Shown here piece by piece: positions 53,650 to 64,000 of a DNA stretch of 64,000 bases (position 1 is the first letter of the stretch; each line of letters starts with the position of its first letter). The notes under the pieces are model-generated. The model was not told the DNA's origin. It ran no database searches and saw only the letters and a program-made list of their open reading frames with translations. A program made the translations under genes and the position numbers. Source of the DNA: Eledone cirrhosa (lineage: Eukaryota); assembly GCA_964016885.1 (NCBI GenBank), contig OZ024746.1, forward strand, positions 26,722,001 to 26,786,000. Direction: 5' to 3'.

Positions 53650-54610
53650 TGAAACTAGGACCAATACAACCGAATTAAGCTGAGGTAATGGTAATTCAAA
53701 CAATTTAATTTTAATGATACTTCCAAAACTGGCTCCTTGTCTCATTAGAATTAAAACTGCTAGATCAGCAGTAGGAAATATTTTTATGCCGGTATACACA
53801 CTTAGAAATTAACTGACATTCAATGAAGCCACAATTTGAAAAACATATAGTCCCGCTAAAGTTCAAGGCTTTGGAAATATATAATTACGTATGTAGGTGT
53901 TACTTTTCGTAACAAACATAATAAATTGAACAGATTAACGTTCAATATAATGAAATCAGCAAGAACGTTCTGCTTCTTTCAGTTGGCAGTAAATATTATT
54001 TTGGAAAGTTCGATATAAATATCTCAACCCTGTGTCAGAGTTTTTTCATGTTTGCCAGACCATCACCAATATTGTTATAGCGAAGTTTATTGTGAAATAA
54101 ACCTTCAATCATATACTGTATATGATATACATTTCAAAGTATATTATATATATAATATGAATACATTACACATTATAATAAATTGTAAACAAACGAAAGT
54201 AAGGTTTAAAAATGTCGAACGTAATATAAATTCAATATCTTTAATGTTTCAATAAAAAAAATATAAATATAAAAAGTTTATATAACAAATAATTATCTAA
54301 AATATAGATATATATTTTACAGTTCCAGTTTGGTGTTATCAATAATACCATTTCAGTAGGATTATAAATTTAAAGAAATGATACATAATATTACATAGGA
54401 TATAAATGTAGAGTTCTCTGTTATATATCAAGCATTACAGAGAAATTAGATAAAATATTCATATTTTTAGAAAATATATTTACAAAGTTACAACAGTATT
54501 GTTGAGAATTGAAGCTGAAACACTTCTACATATTTATAACGATACACTTGTATCTGGGTGTCTAACTGACAGGGGTACCAAGGAATATTATAGATTGAGC
54601 ATTAGATATT

Positions 54611-55739
54611 TCACATGTATGATTTAAGTATTTGTTGAATATGGTTTATATGTTCAAGAAGAGTATGTAGTGTAACCATGGTAAACCATCGATGTTCAAT
54701 GATTGGAATATCTGTTGGTACAAAGAGACTCTCATTCACATCCTCATTGTTTTGGACTTTCGAAGACAACTGAAATATCTGAAAATAAAAGGATATATAT
54801 CAGGTTAAAATATACTCATATAATCTTACATATATATGTATATACAGATATGGTATTAACGCTCTTACGTTAGTTTGAGCTTTATACTTTATACATGTGT
54901 ATTATCAAAGAATTTGCATTACTTAAATGTTAGTAGTATAACTCCTATATAAAGTATCTACTGTAGAAACTTCATTTCATTATAGGAAATATCAAATCAA
55001 TTAACAATGGATATATTATATTATCAATACTTACTGGTAAACTTAGTAGAATTTTCAGATCAAATAAGTAATAAACAGTCTGTCTTAGATAACAATAGAA
55101 TATAGCATCTGATGTTCGTGTGAGTTTAGAACAAGCAGCTGGGTAGTAACACTGTGCTCCTATACGTGTGGCAGGAGCACACAGATTGTCATATTCTCTC
55201 TTCACCTGATTCTTCATCACAACAACATATTTATTAAGGGTTGTAGACATGTTGAACAGAGACATCTGTAATGAAGAATTGTGAGAAATTATATATTTCA
55301 GAATCACTGTCATTTCTATAAAATGTATTATGAGTTCATGAGACAATAAACATAAGATGTTCAAAGCTAATATATTGTTTTGTCTTAATTTTATGATATT
55401 GTGTTAATGATAGAAATATATATATACAAACCTTTAATAAATCAATGTTGTTGACGGTGATATTGTCCTGAATATTCATCTGTGGAAATTTAACATCCAT
55501 ATTGTGGAGTAACTTGTTTATAAATTGTGGACAGCTTTTAGCAAACAGCAATGGAGTATTGTTACACTGTAGAAAAATATATAACACTTTATGAGATAGG
55601 ATGGAGAGTCTGACACATGATATATGGAACAAATTATTTTAATTTAGATTATACTAATATATCTATTATAAATATTCATCTGAGTGAGAAAGTCAGAGTG
55701 ATAGAGACAGAGAGAGTGAGAGACAGAGAGAGAGAGAGA

Positions 55740-55779
<40 letters not shown>

Positions 55780-56734
55780 AATTGATAAAGATAGAAAAAT
55801 AAAGAGAGAAAGAGAGAGAGTAAGAGAGAGATAGTAAGAAAAGATTGGGAAAAGTAATGAATTCTTAACTTACATAATTAATCAAAGTATTGTTTACGGC
55901 TGCTGTGGTTCTTTTTGTTAACGTCAATGCCGTATCTATTTCAGTTTTTATATCAGATATATCAGATAATTCAGTTGTTGTTGTTGTAGATTGTATAGGT
56001 AATCCATGGATCAATGTCATCCATGTTGAGAGACATAAAACCAATGTATATTGCCAATCTGGAGGAGAAAAAAAGGTATAAAGATTTTATTAATTAAACA
56101 AAGAAATATTTAAACTTTATCAGTAATTAATACGAGAAATATTTTATTATATTTTAAGAGAAGAATTAGATTCTGGAACATTGATGAATATTTAAATTAG
56201 GAATATTGGGGATTTCTACACAGAAGCAGGAACTAAATCTTCGCGAAATCATACCCCACTGTGTAAACAAAATTATAGACAGATTTCATAATGAATTTCA
56301 AGATAATCAATAACTAAATTGATGACGAGATGCTTAGTTATGGAGAGCCTTAGACTATAGTATGGTTGTAGTGTACTACAAAAATAAACAAACAATATTA
56401 TAAACTCTCATTTAGCAGCAACTATATGGTTGTAGAACACTGAATGTCACCTCCCCAACTGTGAACATTCCTCCTACAACACACATAGATAGATAAAATA
56501 GAATAATTATAAGAAAAGAAAGAGAAGATACTGAAGAATAATCATTGGATAAATGGGAAAGTATGTGAAGAAAGACATCTTACGATTAAACACACGATCA
56601 CATAACTGATGGGGAATGGGTCATTTACCTGAGATATATATATATATATATATATAATTAATACATTAACTGAGAAAGGCTTAAGCGATACTCTGACCAA
56701 CTCCATCTCACTCAACAAACATTAGGATATACCA

Positions 56735-56820
<86 letters not shown>

Positions 56821-57079
56821 CAACTCAAACAGTAATATTACAGTGACTATAACATAGAATATTCTACTTACACATGTTGATCTTTTATAAATTTGTTAGA
56901 GGAAATATAAGTTAATGTGAGACGTCAGTAAATTTGCTTTGTACTCTTTTGAATACAATTAATAAATGATAGTCAATAGAATTATAATGTGACTTTATAT
57001 ACTTACCAGTGAAATTTATATATTTGGAAATACCGTTGATATATATATTGAAGATGGAGAATTTGAAAGTTCCCAACAT
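54611..57079 (-). CDS. Intact 5-exon gene (copy 5), predicted secreted long-chain four-helix cytokine-like protein, 263 aa
   Basis: Exons 57079-57007, 56058-55874, 55566-55432, 55265-55035, 54778-54611. All introns are GT..AG with pyrimidine tracts; phases 1,0,0,0. Protein: MLGTFKFSIFNIYINGISKYINFTDWQYTLVLCLSTWMTLIHG-LPIQSTTTTTELSDISDIKTEIDTALTLTKRTTAAVNNTLINY/CNNTPLLFAKSCPQFINKLLHNMDVKFPQMNIQDNITVNNIDLLK/MSLFNMSTTLNKYVVVMKNQVKREYDNLCAPATRIGAQCYYPAACSKLTRTSDAIFYCYLRQTVYYLFDLKILLSLP/IFQLSSKVQNNEDVNESLFVPTDIPIIEHRWFTMVTLHTLLEHINHIQQILKSYM*. The gene model is read directly; the cytokine call is inferred. Confidence 0.8.
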
Positions 57080-57138
57080 CCATAGTTTACTATTTGGATG
57101 AGATTAGATTTACTTTAAGTTGTAGAGACCGGCGTATC

Positions 57139-57146
57139 TATTTATA
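57139..57146 (-). promoter_or_regulatory. TATA box of gene copy 5
   Basis: TATAAATA 60 bp upstream of the in-frame ATG at 57079. Confidence 0.65.
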
Positions 57147-58139
57147 ATCCCAATTTTAGTAGGAGAGATAAAAGTAGAGGGAGAGAAGGACGGGGTGAGA
57201 GGATGGTGAGAGAAAAAAGAGAAAGTTAAGTGAGAGAGAGAGGGGGAGAGGGAGAGGGGTAGGGAGGGAGTGAAAGTAATATGTAGGATGGAGGACGTGT
57301 GAATGGAGGGAGAAGGAGTGAGTAGTTAAGTGTAACAATGAATAACTACTTTTATCTTAATTTTAGGTCTATTTTACTTTATTTCATTGATGGGAAACAT
57401 TTATTTCGTAGAAGTGTCATTTTAAACGTTTAGAATCACACACAAACACAAATCTTGGTTTTATATATATTATGTTTCTCTCAGTGCCAAAACTTCCAAC
57501 AAAGATTTTGATGCTAAGAAGTAAATGCTATTTATGTTAAAATATTTGTGTTTTTCATATTGTAATATTTTCAATTTCTTCTGATAAAGAAATTCGCGTT
57601 TAATTTATTGTGTATTGTTTTGTTTGTCTGTTTGTTTTGTTGTTTTTTTTTTATTTTATTTTCGATATTCCATAACCTCCGCTGAGAAAATACCACAATT
57701 CTTGGGTTATTTCACACTTTCATTATGAAACATAAGACGGAAGTGTTACAATACATGTGACCTCCTACACAGCATCACACTGTCATAGTAATAGTAAAAT
57801 ATATGTCAGTTTCCATAAACGCTGAAACATAACTGAAAGTAAACAATTATCATTTAGTAAATATAGAATATTAAAGAGGTTATATTTTATATTACGTGCA
57901 TGTGGTTAAAATGTCTGAAGAATGAATCAATGGACAGATTTGACGGACAAAACCAACTGGCAGGGTACCCTGGGTGCAACCCGAGTAAGACGGTAGGGTA
58001 AAATACATGAGATCGGCTGGTCTAAATTGAGTATCCAGCCAGATCAAATATTGATTAAATAGATCATCAATAGTTTTGGAGGATTGGGGGTCATCCTTCT
58101 CTCTCCGTATTACATGAGTTATAATTTATAGGTCTGTTA

Positions 58140-58461
58140 ATTTTCTCCAGTGTATAGGTGTGGTGATCTTCTCCAGTCTATAGGTGTGGTGATTTTCTCC
58201 ATTCTATAGGTGTGGGGATTTTCTCCAGTCTATAGGTGTGGTGGTGATTTTCTCCAGTCTATAGGTGTGGGGATTTTCTCCAGTCTCTAGGTGTCGGGGA
58301 TTTTCTCCTGTCTATAGGTGTGGTGATTTTCTCCAGTCTATAGGTGTGGTGATTTTCTCCTGTCTATAGGTGTGGTGATTTTCTCCAGTCTATAGGTGTG
58401 GTGATTTTCTCCTGTCTATAGGTATGGTGATTTTCTCCAGGCTATAGGTCTCGGGGATTTT
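58140..58461. repeat. 26-bp minisatellite, ~12 units
   Basis: Read directly. Confidence 0.95.
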
Positions 58462-61053
58462 ATTCAAGATTTGTAAGCCGTATATTTAGTTTGACTTAGT
58501 ACAATATTTCTATGAGTGAACTACTTGAGTGTCTGGTTGATGTGTTAATGTTACTACAATAGAAATAATTACCTATAGGAAAATAATAATAGTATGGCAC
58601 AGTTCATTACTGGTATCTTTGGATCAACACATCTATCAACAAATCTACCAACTAATCTATCAGATGTCACGATAAATCTCTGGTCAAAATATTTACCATT
58701 AATCACTTGTTTGTACACTTCTCTTTTATTTTAAACCTATTCATCGTGTTGGAGTTCTTCAGGTTGGTTCCTTCCAATCCTTTGGAACACATAATAATTG
58801 ATTGTGTACACCTGTCTTCAGAGAATCTTGCAACAATTTAGTAATCACAATTCAATATATATATATATATATAGTGACGAAACATAAGTCAATTGCATGA
58901 ACTCATAATCCTTTATTTACTGCTATATATATTTCGATGATAGCCATTGAATGGCTATGACCTCATCGGGCAGTTAGTCAGTTCTTAGATATGCCAGCTC
59001 TGTGTTTATAGTGTTGATGGTATCAGAGCCTTGGGACATATATATATATGGTAGGGGGGTGTAGGCATGATTCTCATGTTGAATACAGAAAATATTTATG
59101 CATCAGTCATGTAATAAGAAATGATACTAATAATTACTCCTGACAGAAATCTAAGAGAAAACATTCAAGGAAAAAAGGTGTAGCTAATCAAAATGACTTC
59201 AGTACATCACAGGTGTTATTTTATTGATTTTCGATGATTTGAAATCAAACCTTAATGACATAACTAATTAACGTGAATCTAACATCTAACCTAATGATAA
59301 TTGTTTATATTAATATCATTTTTTGCATAGACACAATAGCACAAAGCATAATCTATTATATCTATTTTGGTACAATATGCTATATTATCTATTATATCTA
59401 TTTTGGTACAGTATGCTATATTATGTTCTCGTCATTATTATTGTTTGTGTCATGGCTTCAGTTTATGGTTTCTATGGCTTTAGTTTATGTTTTTTTTCAT
59501 CAGAATCCGGCATATTTGGGGAGAAAACAGTGTCAACCAGGACACATTAATAAGCCGGATGGAATAATGTGACTGATCATACAAACTGAGGTAATCCCGG
59601 CCACAACAGGAAATACAGTCTGTCTATCCACATACATTTATACATATAAACTGATCTCCATTCCTTTTACTGTAACACAACTAATATGTGGCTGGGTACT
59701 AATGTTAAACATTACTATTATTATTCGGATCCGGCTATCAGCTGAGTTTATCATAAAGACTGCCCCACCGCCCTTTTTAACCAGGAACGGTAGGCAGTTT
59801 TTATCTGCCTAGTGGCCATGGTGATAGAGATCATATGTTTTTAGGATTCACTTGAAAAGGAAAATCGGGGTGGAGAGGGAAGTGCTGATTTCCAGCCAGT
59901 TTATTGAAAGATGGGTGAGAGATGTAATAATGGCCCGTGTGAATGTGTCTGCCCTGAGCGTGTGCCTGTATTACTGAAGGAAGACAATGCTTGCCTTAAC
60001 AGTCTGGGTGACCTTGGCTTATGTAGGCTTTCTCCACATGTAACCATTGGAGTCTCCTCGCCTTTGGGGATTTATGTTTGTTGTTTTAAATGTTTATTGC
60101 GTTAATATCTGTTATAAATATTATTTTACGCAAAAAAATCTACAAGAAAGCATTTGGGAGTACCGGTAGAGCATAGAGTTAAGTCCCTTTACATTCTGAG
60201 TTCAAATCCCGCCGCGGTTAACTTTGCCTTTCTTCCTTACGGGGTCGATAAAATAAAGCAGCAATTTAAACATTCATACCTGATATACATAAACAAAATA
60301 TTATCTTGCTTCACACCCACCCGCACACACATACACATATGTGTGTGTGTGTCTGTCTGTGTGTGTGTAAATAAACAACCAGGATTAAATTAAATCATTT
60401 AATATTTTACGAATGATACATAAAAGAAAAGAATGAAACTAAATGTAGTTAAAATAGATGTTGATAAACGTAAAAGTTTGTGTTTACAAATGTTTAATTG
60501 TTCTTTTCAAGTGGCTTGGGAAATACACTATTGAAGGCAATAATTTCTTCGTTATTTTGATAGATAGATTTCTTTATTTATTTTGATAGATCGTAACCGG
60601 ATACTACTAATAAACTTACATTAATATATTGCCATTTATACATAATCAATCATTAATTAATACACATTGTCTTCAATTAACAAAGTATTTATGACAAACT
60701 TATAAAAGATGCAATATTTGAAAATATCGAATTGAAAATATGTAAAAATATAGCCCCGACATAAAATTTTATGAGGAACATCAAATTAAGCCCTGTACTT
60801 AATCAGCCATTAAATTTATTCTTCTCAATATTTTACTAAACTTTTAGACACATTCAATTTTTTCCAAACATCAGTTGTTAAAATGTTACCCAAACACACA
60901 TGGTACTGTTTCGAAAATTACTTTTGAATTATATTTGTATACACAGATAATTAAGACTTTACAAAATAAAGTGTTCAAAAACTATTTTTTTTTTACTTTC
61001 TCTCTCTCATACTCTCACTCTCGACAAAAACACACATTCATGCAGACACACAA

Positions 61054-61158
<105 letters not shown>

Positions 61159-61337
61159 AAGATCAAAAGATGGTTAAATGTGTTCCATGTATTTTATTAT
61201 GCGCATTTCAAAGACAAATATCATCATGCAATAACATTTGTGTTTTCATCAGATAAAATAGGGGGACATGATATGAAGGTTAAAAACACTTGTGGATAGT
61301 GCAGTTTTAATATTGTACTACAATAAAACTCACCTCC

Positions 61338-61434
<97 letters not shown>

Positions 61435-61469
61435 GCATTTACATATATATATTTATATATATATACATT

Positions 61470-61526
<57 letters not shown>

Positions 61527-61941
61527 TAAAACCCAGATAGACCATAACCCACCAGAGTACTTGATATTTGGGGTAGTAGAGTGGGTAACATGAAAAGATT
61601 CAGGACCCCGACGGCTGAACTCCGGCCGTTTCGACAGCTAGATCAAAACTAAAGCGCCAGTAGTCGTGATTAAGGAAGTGGTTTTTATACCGGCTCTCTC
61701 ACATACCCACATATCTCCAGGATTCGTTTCTTGATATTGATTCAATGAAGAGACATCAGATCGTAAATTATCGCTGGGTTGATGCATTTTTGATCCTGCG
61801 GTCATGACTCCCATTATTTACAAGAACATCCAATTTACCAATTCATTTACTTCGGCACAGGTTGAAAGAGTTGTCCCTCCGGCCCACGAAACGTACGACT
61901 CTCGTATGGCGCCATTGTAGTAACAATAAATGTAGAAGAAC

Positions 61942-62480
61942 ATTGTAGGAGAAATTTTCACAGTTGGGGAGGTGACATTCAGTGTTCTACAATCATGTAG
62001 TTGCTGCTAAATGAGAGTTTACAATATTCTTTGTTTATTTTTGTAGTAATTGGGAAATTCCTACACTATAACCATATCTATAGTCTAATGCTCTCCATAA
62101 CTGACCATCTCTTCATCAATTTAGCTATTATTTATCTTGAAATTCATTATGAAATCTGTCTATAAATTTATTTACACAGTGGCGTATGATTTCGCGAAGA
62201 TTTAGTTCCTGCTTCTGTGTAGAAATCCCCAATATACCTAATTTAAATATTTATCACTGATCCAGAATGTAATTATTCTCTTAAAATATAATAAAATATT
62301 TCTGGTTTTAATTACTGATGAAGTTTAAATATTTCCTTGTTTAATTAATAGAATCTTTAAACCTTATTTTCTCCTCCAGATTGGCAATATACATTGGTTT
62401 TATACATCTCAACATGGATGACATTGATATATATTCTTTTATTTTCAGATATTCCAGTTATTTTCAAAAGTCCAAAACAA
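61942..62480 (+). pseudogene. Inverted paralog fragment, unit 6
   Basis: Same sequence as 633-1171. Confidence 0.8.
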
Positions 62481-62852
62481 GTAATACCCTCAGCGCTCCC
62501 AATCCTATTTCCAGAGAGACCTGCCTACACGCAAGTTGTAAATAATATATAACAAATAAAATAGTTAATTTTTATATAATAAAATAATGTAATATATTCT
62601 ATGTATAAATAAATATTATATATTTTATATTTTACTATATTGATATATAATATTGTTATACTTGGGGAGGGTCATATTTGTGTAATATTGCCAGAATTAA
62701 TAATAGAACACACTTACTGTTGGGTTGGTTTTTCGCTTTTCACTTCTGTGTCTTTTATATCGGTAATCTAATTTATTCGGTCCTCAATGTTGCCACTCAC
62801 TGCCCAACGGTCAAAAATAATACAGATACAATATAGACACAAACACATATAT

Positions 62853-63326
62853 ATAGTTTATCAAAGTTCTTTCGTTGTACATCTGCAACATCGTCAGTGG
62901 TGCTATTGTTTCCTCCCGTTACATTGTACTTTCTACGCCATCTTCATTTAGTCTGTTTATATATTTATTTATTTGTTTATTTTATTTTGACTTCTTTGCG
63001 CATGCGTTTGCGTGTGTGTATAGTGTTTTGTTTGATGTGTGTTCGTGATTGGGTGACTGTGTATTGGTTAATGTATTCTATCTTTACTAGTGTGTGTTTA
63101 TATGTGTTTGTTGTTATTGTTGTCTATGTTACCGTCGTGTTGTCTGGCATGTTCGTATAGTACTGACCCGTTTTTTCGTCCTTTTAGTTCCCCCAGTGTT
63201 GGTCTATCCTTTCACCTGTGCTACAAGCTGTCTCGCCTATGTATGTTGCTGTCATGTTTCTGCAAGTACCCTCTGTACATCTTATGCTATAGACTACGTT
63301 TCTAGTTTTACAATTTATCCGTATAA
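62853..63326 (-). mobile_element. Penelope-like fragment, unit 6 (different ~200 bp deletion)
   Basis: Junction near 63118; carries CAA (Gln) where units 1, 3 and 4 have TAA. Confidence 0.75.
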
Positions 63327-63679
63327 ATTTTATATTTTTTATTTTATATTTTATATTTTATATTTTATATTTTATATTTTATATACTATTATATCATTTC
63401 TATCGTCCCCTTAGGCTGAAGCACCCCAGGACCTTCTCAACGCTCCCGGGGTGGGGGCGTTAGCGTCCACTTTAAGAACCTTTGGTTTATGCGGTGGCAT
63501 TTTTCCTCTGGTCAGTTCCCCATAAAATAACCGTTTAGGAAGCCCTTCATCTTCCATCCTGCCCAAATAACCAGCCCAATGCATCTAGCTCATTATAATC
63601 CTTATCTCAATACTGGTGCTACCCGCTTTTCCGGTACAGCAGTATCAGATGTGTAAGAGGACCACTTGATGTTCAGTAA

Positions 63680-64000
63680 GCGTGGGATACAAGATAAATC
63701 ACAATGAGTGGATTGATGATAATGATGTTACAATCACCAAGCCTAGTGAAGAGAAAAATAACTTGTATTGAAGTGTCTTGTTGCAGATGGTCCAGTGATG
63801 ATCACTTTTGAGAAGACCTTCAAAGAAACAAAGTCAAAACTGCCATATAAATTTCTAAGAATGAAGAATAAATTATGGTCTGAAGTTTCAGCCGAGATTC
63901 AGAAAGATTATAACTGCAGAGAATTACAGCACAATAAGTTAAGCTTTTGGCTCAGCGCACTAAAACATGGCACCATTGAAGTAAAGAGATGGGAAAGCCC
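63680..64000 (+). mobile_element. RTE LINE fragment, unit 6 (runs off the window)
   Basis: Copy of the start of 2540-3483. Confidence 0.75.

Overview
AT-rich, microsatellite-dense animal DNA, probably Octopus (inferred from a SINE I recognise from memory). The whole window is a head-to-tail array of a ~12 kb unit: five complete copies start at 1, 12761, 24321, 36289 and 49908, and a partial sixth at 61778. Most ORF-track entries are microsatellite or antisense noise. Reading splice sites by hand shows a minus-strand 5-exon gene in each complete unit (intron phases 1-0-0-0, TATA box, AU-rich 3' region). It encodes a ~263 aa protein with a signal peptide-like segment, six Cys and four amphipathic helix-like segments, the architecture of long-chain class I helical cytokines (IL-6/IL-11/G-CSF/GH/PRL type); that family assignment is inference. 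Exon 1 has an in-frame ATG only in copy 5, set by the length of a short (AT)n tract. Each unit also carries an inverted, internally deleted paralog fragment, Penelope, RTE and R4-like retroelement relics, a SINE, a 26-bp VNTR and a possible captured promoter/first exon. Unit 4 alone holds a ~1.4 kb palindrome built from hairpin-rich 310-bp monomers.
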